From Rhizophagus irregularis (lineage: Eukaryota), in NCBI RefSeq assembly GCF_026210795.1, contig NC_089435.1, forward strand, positions 4,588,001 to 4,652,000: a DNA stretch of 64,000 bases, written 5' to 3'. The notes under the pieces are model-generated. The model had not been told where the DNA came from and did not search any database. It saw nothing but the letters and a program-made list of their open reading frames with translations. Shown here piece after piece: positions 1 to 14,502 of this stretch (its first letter is position 1; each line of letters opens with the position of its first letter). The position numbers and the translations under genes were made by a program.

Positions 1-160
1 ATCTCTTAACTTTTTTTTACTTTTTTATAGCATATATAGTATATACTACATATATATATCATAAGGTATTATAAAAAAATTTTAATTTTTTTTTCCCTAA
101 ATTTTCTACTCTTTTACTAATAATACTAGTGATACAGATAAGGTTACCTGCCTAAACTTT

Positions 161-696
161 TTCAAAATTCTACGATTAGTTTCTCCAAGATTTTACTATA
201 GTTTTATTATAGTTTTGGTAAAGTTTTGGCAGTTTTGACATTTATAATAAGTTTCGTCAGGTTTCACCTTTCTCCTAGGGTTTCGATCTGGATCTGATCA
301 ATCCAAATTCAAATCCGGATTCCCTTGTTTTTTGGACATCTGAATCTTACTTTTTTATAACGGATGAATCCGTTTTTATTAATTTGAGCCAGCACTATAA
401 ATTTGGCCAGAGCTAGCAAATTTTGCAGACAGTTAATCTTTGACGTTTAATATTAATTCTGGTCAAAATTATAATTTTGGTCAGAGTTAAGGTCAAATTT
501 AGAATCCGGATTCAATTTGAATTTGTAAGAGAAGATTCAGATTCTATCCAAATTGCTTTAAAAAATAGGATCGAAACCCTACTTTCTCCAGAGTTTCGAC
601 AACTTTTTAATAAGACTTTCATATAGTTTTGGCAAAGTTTTACTATTTCAGTATTTTGCCAACTTACCAAAACCCCCTAGTTTCTCCAGCAATCTT
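161..696. repeat. Dispersed repeat copy (interrupted by a hAT MITE); inverted homolog at ~55852-56073
   Basis: 161-275 joined to 590-696 aligns colinearly with the reverse complement of 55852-56073 (e.g. agattttactatagttttattata; ctttcatatagttttggcaaa). Confidence 0.8.
276..581. mobile_element. hAT-type MITE
   Basis: Perfect 13-bp TIR tagggtttcgatc/gatcgaaacccta; 8-bp TSD ctttctcc at 268-275 and 582-589. Confidence 0.9.
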
Positions 697-1071
697 AGAT
701 ACAGAAATAAAAAAATCTAATAATCTTAATAAGTATAATAAACATGTTATTAATTTTGTTACCAATTAATATTTAAAATTAATAATACTAATGATACCAG
801 GGATAATAAAAATCCATTCTAATTCCTGTCCTAGTTGTTTTAATAACTTGGACAAAATTTTCTAGCAACTAAATGGGTTGACTATAATACATAGAATTAG
901 TAGTAACCAGTAATAACAGTCGATGCAAAACAAATAATATAATCATAATTCTACGTATATGTAATGCATAAATTGGCATACTTCAGTATTAAAATTGTGT
1001 AAAAAATAACTATTCTAAAATATATACAGTAATAGTAAAATCTGTAAAATATTCATTAGGATAGCAAAATA

Positions 1072-1713
1072 GGACTCCGCGCCAGACATCACATATATAA
1101 CTCACATTTGAGTTTTAGCAAATTCAATCAAAATTAGGTTAAACTCATAATTTTAGAAAGAGCAAATTGATTGAAAATTAATTAATAGTCATAATTATGA
1201 GTTTTAGCAAATTGTATTAATTTTACAAAGTCATATTTTATATTTAAGCAAATTGGTACTTTTTTTTAAATTTAACTTATCCTTTGTTTTTAACTTTATA
1301 AATAATATTTTTAAAAATACTAGTTTCGTCCAGGTCATATTTTGGCCAAAATTAAGTATAATTCCGGCCAAAATTAAACATAATGCGGGCCAAAATCCGT
1401 CCGTTTAGTTTCGCAACATTTTATTTTTAATAATTTTATTTAATTTATATATTATTTTTATTAATTATTATTTTATCTATAATCGACATATTTTAATTAT
1501 AAAAATTGACAGTTTAATTTATATTAATCATTTATTTTTTTATTGATAATAAAAAAAAAGATTATTAACTTATATTTTGAGTTTTAGCAAATTAGTATAG
1601 ATTTGAAATGTGATGATTTGATTTTTAGCAAATTAGGTCTATTTTAGCAGGAGCAAAAAGTACTTAAATTCATGCAGATCAGTTATGAGTTATATATGTG
1701 ATATTCGGAGTCC
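1072..1713. mobile_element. Non-autonomous TIR element (MULE- or hAT-like)
   Basis: Termini ggactccg/cggagtcc plus subterminal inverted atcacatatataactca/tgagttatatatgtgat; flanking duplication tagcaaaata (1062-1071, 1714-1723; 8-10 bp depending on boundary); internal repeats of ttttagcaaatt. Confidence 0.8.
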
Positions 1714-2149
1714 TAGCAAAATACAGAATTTAAATTTACAACAGCTCACAAGTTTTTAAATATGCAATTGAAAAAGGACTCCATTTATTTATAAGATAGA
1801 TTACTAGAAACTTAAGGTAAAATTTATAATTGAAAATTTTTAAAGATCCTATTATATGTAAATAAATTACACCTAAAAAAGGAAATATTATACTAAATTG
1901 TTATGATTTTTTTCCTTTTTAGATCAATTAACCAATAGGATCACTAGTAAAATTACTAGTAAATTTAAAATTTTTTCTAGAGACCTCTATTAAGAATAAG
2001 CAAAATCCTATTAGAAATCAATTCATTAAGAAAACAAGTTAATGATTAAAAGATGAGAATGCTAAAAATGCTAAATTTAAAGATATAATTAATGGCCAAA
2101 ATGTTGTAAGGCAAAATAAAATAAAAAACTCTAATATAGCAATTTATTC

Positions 2150-2380
2150 TAATAATGATCTATTTACATTGGAATATATTTTATCATGGCCTAAAGATAT
2201 GACTTGTAAACAAATAAATTGTGCTATTTTGTATTAAGAATATCTTGCCTGGTGTAAAGGCAATGTAGAGAAGCTATTAACTAGTATGGTCACTAAAAAG
2301 AAATTTCTTTAAAGTGATATTGATAAAACATATTTATAATATAATAGAAAAAGAGAATATTATTATATCATATCATAACA
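2150..2380 (+). pseudogene. Decayed fragment resembling the C-terminus of a D5-like primase-helicase
   Basis: Translation with stops: EYILSWP...ILY*EYLAWCKGNVEKLLT...KKKF...NRKREYYYI, resembling the LY..Y..WC..NGEK....GKKF winged-helix end of D5-like proteins (from memory, not searched). Confidence 0.4.
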
Positions 2381-5300
2381 TGATTTTTAGCAATTAATGT
2401 TAGCATATTGAAAACAAGCAGATAGTTAAAAGAAAATAAAAAGAGGATAGAGCAATAAAATCAAGTAAATATCTACAAAGCAATAAAAAAGCTATAGAGC
2501 AATAAAATCAAGTGAATAGCAATAAAGTAATAATAAGATCACAGAACATTATAAGTAACATTATACTCATAATTAAATAACATTATAGCATAACTGGATA
2601 ATACTCTTATCAGTCTTATTAAAATTTTAGGCTATTTCATTAGTTTATGATGATTTTTTAGTTATATATTTAAAAGAGTCTTATTAGCCTCCACTTTTCT
2701 ATAAGTTCAAGTTTAATTAATTTATTTAATAAAAAAATTTATTAAATTAATGTTATACTAGAAAACTTATATAATATTATATTTACTTACAAATTCATTG
2801 TATTAAAAGTTATTATTCTAGAATTTATAAAAAATAGTATATTTTAAAATTAAAGCAGTTATTACAGCAAATAGAAATAGAAATATCATTTGTTTTAATA
2901 AATTAACAAATATAAAAATATTTATTAAAAGTTTTATTTTTACATAGTATGTATGTAAAGTTATTATATTTTAAAAGTTATTATTTATAAATAATTTTCT
3001 AGTTAGGACTCTTTAGTTAAATCTAAGTACTTTATTACTTAAATGCATTAGTTATTCTTGAAGTATATAATTTTATGAAAAAATGCAATACTCTACCTTC
3101 TTAATATATATAGTTCATTAAAAGTTCTGGAATTTGAAGTAATTTAATCTTAATGTAATTTGTAGAAGTGTTTGATTTCTAGATCTTAAGTTTTATATTT
3201 AATATTAAGATTTATTTAAAATACATATAAACTAGAATTTTAATAATAACTACCATAATAGTTTTAATCTTTAAAGGTAAAAAATCTTTAGATTGATTAC
3301 TTTATTAATTGAAATTTTGATTATATATATCCTAAATTTATGGAAAAAAACAAATTCTGGGGCATTAGAAACCTAAAATCAAACCACATATTTTTTATTT
3401 ATTTATTCTTACATTTTAGATATCAATAATAATATAGATAATTGCATTTATGGAATACTGGGAAATCATGGTAAAATAATGAAATTATTAAGAATGCATT
3501 TTTATAGGGTGGAACAAATATAAGTAAATACCATTATCTCATCTAATAAGTGCCGTCATTGATTAGTTCATAACAGAATAAACAGAATGAACCATAAAAA
3601 AAGGTTTATTCTTTAAAATTCACATTATCGGAATTTTTCTTCTCATTGAGATACTGTAATATTAATCGATTATATTGATTTAATTGATTTAATTGAAATT
3701 TTCTTTTTTTTGTGAAATAGAAAAAAATATAATATTTTAAAGTTTATTATTAACGATTGGACGTTTTTTAATCTATCAATATAAATAAATATCCAAAACA
3801 CTATTAAGATTAATATCAATTAAACAATAAAGATTTACAGCGATCAAAAATTTTCCTTTCTTAAGCATTCAATAGTATATAAAATACGATTTGTTATTAT
3901 AATTTCGGAAATACTTTGTGGCATAATATGTAGTATAAACTTTTAATTTTTCGATTATATTTTTAATACAATCATTTCATGCATTTAATGATAACATGCA
4001 ATTTGAATAACAAATCAAGTACACGTGTTTTCAGAGTTCATGTCGTTCAATGTTGTCAATATCATTCATTAATGTAGTTCAACTTTAAATTTCTCGTTGC
4101 ATTATCATCTAGAATTTTCAATCACTTTTAAAAATTATTAGATAACAAAGTTAATACATGATGATAATGAATAAAATCTCTGAAGAAACATAATGTGTCG
4201 GTATGTAAGGAGAGAAAACAAAAGAAAATAATAATTAAAAATATTCAAATACTGTATGCATTTATAATTATAATTAATACACAACATGCTCTAATAGTGA
4301 GCATTAATTTTTATAATATAAAATTTTGCTGGATGCTTTTTTTCTAAATCGTTTAATTATATCACATAATTTAAATTACTAACAGATAATAATTTTATAA
4401 CAAATTAAATAATTAAAAATGTACAAAGAAAAAAGGCCAACTAGAGAAAGTTAGATTTCTCACTTGAAATCTTTTAATAGTATGTTGTATATTCAAAACT
4501 GCCGCTAAAGTTTGTTATAATTAAAAGACACAAGTAAACAAATTCTTACTCAAAAAAGAGAACAAGGGAAACGTAATTGCAGAAGCGGTTGTAATTCAAT
4601 CCGAAACTTTAATTAACGCGATACATGAAACGATAATATTATGACTTATGTTTACACGCGAGTTACGTTATCATGAAGTAAGTGAATAAAAAAAGGAAAA
4701 AAGGTTTCGTGATAAAATTGATAGCGTTACGTTTATAAACAATCTTTTGCCATTTCAATTGTGAAATTTGTTACGTGAATTAAATTTATCCTGTTCTTGC
4801 CACTATCAAAAATATTATTTTAAATCTTTAAATTCCTTTTTCAAATTTCCACCAATCATCATACTTGATTCAGAAATCAGAAACTAAATTGCAATTTATA
4901 CGCATTTACCTAGTACTATCAAAAGAATCTAACTAGCATACACATTGTAACATGCTTAAACATGCAATGTAATTATTTTTTTTTAATTATTTACTTTGGG
5001 AATTTCGGGATTTAAATGTGTGAATAATGGTTCAATTAATTCAATTAAAACTTTAAAATTTTTTAAAAAGAATCTTAAGGAATATTAACAAAAATAAAAA
5101 TTAATTGAGTATAGAAGACTTAATCTAGAGATGTCTAATATTATAAATATCATAAGCTACTCTTAAGTTCATTGTTTCAATACAAACATTTCATTTCATT
5201 CATATATGTTGGTGTAAATCGATCATGTATTACGAAAATTTCTTCAGTTTATTAAATGATTACCTCTAATACCGTTATTATACAGTTATAGATTTTACTT

Positions 5301-6206
5301 AGTTGACCAAATTGGTCAAACAAGGAGAATTAACAATATAAATATGTTAAAATCAAAAATTAAGAGAATTGCTAATTGTATGCCAAAAAAGGTTAGGCTA
5401 GTTTGGTTCCGCATGGCACCATAACTTTTCATCCACATTTTTCTTTCTACCAAGTATTAAAAAAAAAAAAAATTTAACGGATAAGAGAATAAGAGGGGGA
5501 TAATAAATAAATCATTAAATATATTTATATATCTTATGACTGTTACAGTGATATTTCGGAAATACTTTTTTATATCTGAAATATCTGAGGTTTGGATTCA
5601 AAATTAATTACTTCACAATGTCAATCTTTGATTGGATTGTAAGAGCATGTTCACTCTATTAAGTCTAACAATGGATTTTATTTTTTGGAGCGTAATCTTT
5701 TTAATTTTGTTACACCAATCGTGTAATTGTTACGGTAGATCAATGCAAAAATAGGAAATTTTAATATGACATATATCGAGAAGTAAAAGTAAATAATAGA
5801 AATTTTTTTTTATACACGTTAAATCAAATGTATAATACAATTGCTTTTTGGAAATAATAAAAGCGCTGATAAAACCTTGTATTTACCTAAGGCTTTTTTT
5901 CCTTTTGCTTCTTTGCTGGTTACCAATATATTTCGACATTCAACGCTAAGATAATATTATCACAGCTATTGAATACTCCCTAAAAAAATACTTAAATACC
6001 GCCTACAATTCCTAAAAATAACGTACGACATTAAACGTCAACGAATCTTTTTTTTTAGGAATTTCAAACCGACAAAGTGAGCAACCATATTATTATTAAA
6101 GATTATAACTGAATATAAATACCTTCCTTTGAATGAATAAACGTTTAATAAAGTATATAAATTCAACACATCCTGGAGAAAGTGTTTACATAAAATTTAA
6201 GAGAAT

Positions 6207-8198
6207 ATGTCAATAAACGAAACGAATGTTCCTGGAGACCCATATTCCGACTCGTCTATTCCTTATGTAGACTTTCCTGATAATCAAGCCTATAAAGACG
6301 ATGTTGCTAATCAAAAAGAGTTACAAATAAATAATTATTTGCACTATTATTTAAGTGTAGTTAGCATAATAGGAGGTACAATAGTATTACTTATAATAAT
6401 TTTCATGTATTTTTATGATAAAAAGCTTGTAAACCGTGTATCACTAAGACTTACAGCTATGATATCGTTCGTTGATGTTTTGTCCGGATTTACCACAATT
6501 GCTTACGTGGATTATCAACCTAGAGATACACCTGAATGTACTGGTATAGCTACGGGATTATCCTTCTTCCCGCAATTGTATCTTTTCCTAACAGTTATGA
6601 TAGCATTCAATTTACAAATAGTGTTTCTTCATAGTAAAAAAGTATCATCATTTTCGGATCGATGGTATATTCCCGCTGCATTATTAATGGCTCTTGCTAC
6701 AAATATTCCACCTTTAGTTTATAATAGATTTGGTTATGATACCGACACAAGAACTTGCATTTACCGTAATACGTTTAGCAAAGAAACAAATTGGTGGAGG
6801 TTAGCAACTTTTATCATACCTGTAGCTTCATCAATGATCTATTGTACTACGGTTTTAGTAATTGTAGTATGTAAATTGATTTTTGAACACCGACAATTAG
6901 TTGAAGCAATTCCTAGTCAAAGTAGCGCAACTTTATCCGCTAAAGCTAAAAGGCAAAAACTTTTGTTATTAAAATTAGTAAGCAGAATTTCTCTATATGC
7001 GGCAATTCCTCTCCTTACTGTTTGTGGTATTATAGTGAATTATACTTGGAATTCTATTCATGGAAATCATAAAAATTATTCTCCACCAAAACCACTAATT
7101 TATTGGTCTACTATTGGAACTTGTTTGCCCGGTAAAAATAATTTTTTTTTTGTAATTAACGTAAAGATGCAATAAAATTTCACGTTATCTAATTAATCAT
7201 ACATATACATATCTATACATATTACAGGTTTTTTTAATTTTATCGCGTTTCTATTTGACCCTGCAATTCATAACGCGTTCCGAAAAGTTAAAAAAGATCT
7301 TATTGAAAAATATGGTTACTCAAAAAATCCTTTAAAAGCTACGAGTTCACTAAATAGTCCTCCTATGTCTCCTATGTCTCCTATGTCAACTATATCTCAA
7401 TCACGAAATTCAACAAATTCACCGAAATCACCTAAATCACCTCAAAGTTCTTCACCTTTTCCGCCTTCACAAACATATCATCCACCATCTTCACCAAATA
7501 TAACACGAATCACAATTTCTCCAGCTTCTCCAATTTCTTCACATTTGAGCATGAACAATTCTCAAATTAGTCCAGAAAATATGGGACGAAAAAAGGAAAA
7601 ATTTTCCTTCTTAAGATGGTTTGTCCGAACATTCTTAGAAAAAAAGGAGAACCAGCCTACGATCTCCATAACATCTCCAAGCATGCTTTCTACAAGTCTT
7701 AGTTCTGATCAAGAACATAGATATAGCTCGGTAACGATTAATTCCGGAACAATATCTGGGCAAAGTGATGGTCATGATTATAGGGTTGAACCAGGTAGTC
7801 CCCTAGATAGAAAAAGAAAAACATTTATGAAACGCATGTCAAAAGAAAGTTCCAATCCATTAAACTTTGCATATACGACCTCGACAACCGTTACTAGTAA
7901 TCCTTCTACCTCTAATGCAACAACTAATTTTGGAGATAATTCTCGTCTACTGTATGAACAACATTCTTTTAATAATAATGGCTCGTACTTATTTCCTCCT
8001 GTCCTAGGACATACTACAATTAATATTCACGTACATCAATATCCCGGATCAACTATGACTCAAATCGAAGCGGATATTCCATCAACATTATCCGGCGTTT
8101 CAGGTGTTTCTGATATTTTCTCATCTCATAGAAGATCTGATTCTGAATCTTCTATAACTTCTCGAGATGAGATTGGTAATGAACTATCAGCTTATTAA
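6207..8198 (+). CDS. 7TM G-protein-coupled receptor-like protein (cAMP receptor/Git3-like) with long Ser/Pro-rich C-tail; exons 6207-7131, 7228-8198
   Basis: Six hydrophobic segments in ORF 6207; GT-AG intron 7132-7227 restores TM7 (GFFNFIAFLFDPAI) in frame with ORF 7365-8198; NRVSLRL after TM1; Cys at the start of TM3 and in ECL2. Confidence 0.8.
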
Positions 8199-9045
8199 AA
8201 CGAATAATTAAAATAACTCTTTGAAATTATTCGAAGCTATAATTTCTGTTTGTATCTAGAATAATGAATCAAGCAATTCACCTGAAGCTGGAACCAACAG
8301 ACAAAAAAAAAAATTTTTGGTTTTATTAAAATTCTTTATTATAATTAATAACTCGTCTTGAACACTTTTCTCATCGCCCTGATGACATTATGCTATTTAA
8401 ATTATTTACTTTAAAATTAATTTTCCTAATTATTTCTTCCAATTGTAAGCTATTTTTTTTTTTTTCAACATAAAACTTTCACTTAATGAAAAAAAAAGTT
8501 TTTTTTTCTTTTGTTGTATATACTGTAATTGTAATTTATTTATTTTATTTCATGTTGTCTAGGGACGTTGTAATTTTTATTTAAAAAGTGTAGAAAGTTT
8601 TTTTGGTTTTTTTTTTGTTTTTTTTTCTTATAATTTTTGTGTTCCAAATGACGACTTTTATGTGTTTAGAAACTCATTATTTTATTTAGATTGCATTCAA
8701 TATTACAAATGATTAATTTCTAGTATAATTAATAATAATATATTTGTGTTTGGTTTTTAGAAAGGTAGATTTGGAATCTCAAAATAAAAATCAAATATTA
8801 CTCTCAGATTATCAAGACAATTTTGACCTAGACATGATTGGTCTAAATCACGTAAATCACGTTATTTAACGTCACAAAACCACGATCGTGTTGTTTATAT
8901 TAATTTCAGAAACTTATGCCTACTGCAAATTGTTCGAATAAATTTATTTGATTCTTTTATTCTCTATTTCACAAAGTGGGACACTTTACTTTTTATGTTT
9001 ATATGCAATACAAGTGGCAATTTTTTACCAATTATTTCACACCAT

Positions 9046-9854
9046 ATGGACGGACTGAAAAAAAGATATTCACTTCTAGATCAGGGGTTTGGGGAAGGTC
9101 AAGAACAAGTAGCAGAATTTCTAGACGAACAAGGTTCTTTTCCCATTTCATACATTAAACATTTTTTAAAATTTTGAAAACTTATAAATTCGTTAATTTT
9201 TAAATATTAAGAACAGGATCAAATTATTGAAGAATTAAGATTACAAAATGAACGAGCTAATAGTTTCTTCAAGGTTGTTATGATGGCTATTATTTACATT
9301 ATATTTTCGCTATATTTATTTATAAAATAATAAATCTAATAATAATAATATAAATCATTTGAATTTTAGAAAGCATTGGCCTTCGTATCATTAATGATGG
9401 TGATTTTGTAAGTTTTCTTTAAATCATTTATGGATTTTTTTTTTTACCATATACACTATAATAATAACTTATTTTTCGTTTCAGGTATTTAATTTTCTTA
9501 TATGAGATTATGACATCATCATCAAATCCGATAATTCCGTTACCAATTTCTGAACATATTTACTCATATGCACCATATCAAATGATAGCAACGTTATCCT
9601 CGATTGGAGCTTTGATATCTTCAATATTTCTTTTACAAGCACCAAATTTTACCATGATTCACATTTATGTAGGTGCATTTCTTTCCATAATACCAAATAT
9701 AATAGCAATACATACTGAAAAAATGGAAAAATTATGGTGGGCGATACCACTTGGAATACTTGTTTTTGACATAATTGCATTATTTTTGATTAAAGATTCA
9801 GAACAAGATATTAGGAGTTTAGAGAAATTAAAATATAAATATAAGGGTGCATAA
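9046..9854 (+). CDS. Conserved small multi-pass membrane protein of unknown function (multi-exon)
   Basis: Spliced N-term ...FLDEQEQDQIIEELRLQNERAN, hydrophobic segments, C-terminal LEKLKYKYKGA motif; short GT-AG introns. Confidence 0.7.
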
Positions 9855-10251
9855 TTTAATTTATTGATAGATACAAAACAAAAAAAAAAATTAATTAAAA
9901 ATAAATAATTACTTTTAGTATGAATCTATGTACGATTTTTATCCATTAGTTTTTTTTTAAAATATTAAATATATTTTTAATGTCTCTTTTTTTAAAAAAA
10001 AGATATATATATATATATATATATTTACATACACAAAATTACAAACTACATTTGAACTTTCATCATATGTAAATAAATCAATATTCTATAACTGAAATAA
10101 AACAAATTATTTAAAAAATTTTTTTTTCTTTTTTTTTCTACTTTTTAAATACAATTAAATTTGACACAAAATTAAAAAAAAAAATTTTGTGTTAGTATAA
10201 ATTATTACTAAATTATTCGAACTTTTTAGAGATATGTCGACGTTTTTTTCC

Positions 10252-11556
10252 TTAAAAGTCATATTTCTTTTTGTTTTCCCAGTATCCTTGTCCATAGTTG
10301 ACAAAAATTTGTTCATGGAGCTACATATTTAAAAAATTAAAGATTATTAATATTTTTTTAATGAGTTAAATGATGGATTAATATTAATGATTCATGATAA
10401 TTACTTTAATTTCCGCTTGAGCGATATAAAGGACGTGCCAAAGATCATTATAAACAACGTAAAGTTGATCTCCATTTTGATTTGCTATTAAAAAATCATA
10501 ACCAATTAGTAAAGAATTTATAATAATGTCCGAAAATATTGAAAAACTTACTATCTCTGTGATTAGCGAAACGCATATAATTTCCCATGTGTTTTGCATC
10601 AATACAAACTCTTATCTTCTTATCTTCTTCATCTTTGACATCAACAAGATAATTGAATTCCCAAGCTATTCATTGGAAAATACGCGAATATTTAATGTAA
10701 ATTCGATACTATCAACATGAATGTATGAATGTATGATGAATGTAATGCTTACCATATTCAAGATCAGTGAGTTGACGTGTTACCAATCCTGCAAATTATA
10801 TTACACCGATTAAATGAATGATGTCATCTTTAATTTAGATCTCAGGATATTTTATCTTACCAGAATAGACTCCCAATATATCTCTTCTTTGGAAAGTTTT
10901 GGAAGCATACATTCCATATCTTACAATATCATTAATCCAACGAATATAAATTCCACCATCATCGACAAAAGTTCCATTTCCGACCTCATATTTTATCTTT
11001 TCAACTTGTGGAATATAATTATCAGATTCTCTAAGAAGTGCTTGAACAGTACTTTGATTAATATCAGTGGAATTTAATAAACGGGCTCTTAGATTATGCT
11101 TGGCCAAATAAGGAGAAATATCATCATCAATGATCTATTAAGTATGATTAATTAAATTAAAATTCATTTAATAAATAATACAAATAATAACACATATTGA
11201 ATCAAAGGAAAAAATCTACGCACTGGAAAATATATTGGTTTCACGCCAAATACTTCCTCAAAATTTTCCATATATATGTGTCTGTAAACAAAGGTTCCTG
11301 GTTCATATTTAAGATACTCTTCCTTGTTTCTATGATCAGGCATAGTAATCCATTCGGTTCTATCATTATAATCCGGTTTAATTAAATCGCAAACTGCTAA
11401 ATCTCCACCTCTATATTGATCCCATGAGAATAACACGGCAACAAGTAACGCTAACAAAGTAAGTCCAGTGAAAGGTGTAATCGTCAAAGCAAATCCGCTC
11501 GACTTCGAGCTCGAGTCATCACTAGGGCCTGTGCCTTTATTATTGTTTTTAACCAT
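10252..11556 (-). CDS. SET-domain methyltransferase with an N-terminal transmembrane anchor (about 6 exons)
   Basis: Spliced motifs YIRWINDIVRYGMYA...GVYSG, IDAKHMGNYMRFANH, EQIFVNYGQGYW; stop after ENKKKYDF (tta 10252-10254); hydrophobic FTGLTLLALLVAVLFSW near N-terminus. Confidence 0.8.
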
Positions 11557-12333
11557 TTCTAAAGTCTAATGAGATGTAATTTTTTTTTTAAAAAAAAAAA
11601 TAAATTTGTAAAAGCAGAGGCTTTTTTATATACGAAAAATCATCAATGTTACAATAATCTAAATTTTCTACGTGGCAATCTATTACCGGAGCTCGTCATT
11701 TGCCTTATATTGTAAAACGTGTGTAGATCATAACTTTATTTTCTAAATGATAATAAAAAACAGGGGATAATCAGGTTTTAAAATCAGTAGCTGCATAAAC
11801 AATTGCCAAAGAGCGTTGAGGATTAATATTGGGACAGCGGGAATTCTAGAACGAAACATTACCTCCTTTGCTTTGTTTGATGCCGATCAGTGTCGGGTCC
11901 CCTCAAAATGGCCGTGTTCCCACCCACGTCTATTCTAAAAAAGGTTTCGCATTGCTGTTGAGTTACATGTTTGGATGATAAAATATTTTCATGTACAGAA
12001 AAGTAATTGAGATGAATCAGATAAAAAATAAAAAATTTATAATTATCCACAACAAAATGCGATTATTGAAATTTATTATCTAATTTTTTATTACGAATAT
12101 TTTTTATCACGATTTATTATTTCAAATTTGAATATAATAATAAACAAAATATTACTAAATAGAAAACACCCTGAATTTTTAACTGACATGGTAGGCTATA
12201 ATGATCTAAAAAATATTTTGTCCGGCCTAATTGCAAAAACGGATAGTTATGTCACTAAATCTATATAACTGAGAAAACAAAATATTTTTCGAAATGGGAT
12301 ACACACTTACTTTAAATAACTGAAAAAAAAAAA

Positions 12334-14194
<1,861 letters not shown>

Positions 14195-14371
14195 TGTTTC
14201 GTTAAGATTGAAGGAGCATTGCAAAATACTCCGAAAGTTAAAATTTTATTTACACGTGAACTACAATTGTCATGATTACACAACATCTATTTATAATATG
14301 ATTGGCCAATTCAATCTCTAGGCGCACTTTTTTTTTTTTCATCTTCCCTTATGCATCAAGTTTTCTATAAG

Positions 14372-14502
14372 AAGAATGATGAAAGAGTGAAAAAATTTTT
14401 TTTTAGTTTATTATTCTTAAGTAAACGTATCCTTTTTATTTAAAATTGTGAATACATTCTGTACTTAAATAAGGATAGTTAGTTCTAAGAAGTGCTGAGT
14501 AT
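14372..14502 (+). ncRNA. Candidate box C/D snoRNA (U61/SNORD61-like)
   Basis: Box C ATGATGA 14376-14382, box D CTGA 14495-14498, upstream guide ttctaagaag complementary to conserved 18S CUUCUUAGAG; no clear terminal stem. Confidence 0.35.

Noticed and set aside
10384..11385. Short ORFs overlapping the SET gene (10384, 10526, 10814, 11197)
   Set aside because: Antisense or off-frame shadows of a well-supported spliced gene.
11780..11935. Assignment as U17/snR30, U3, RNase P or MRP RNA
   Set aside because: Diagnostic motifs (AUAUUCCU/AAACCAU, box A, CR-I/CR-V in the right order) not found.
14427..14478. gtatccttt looks like a U12-type 5' splice site
   Set aside because: No host ORF and only a weak branch-point match (tacttaaat); cannot be supported without transcripts.
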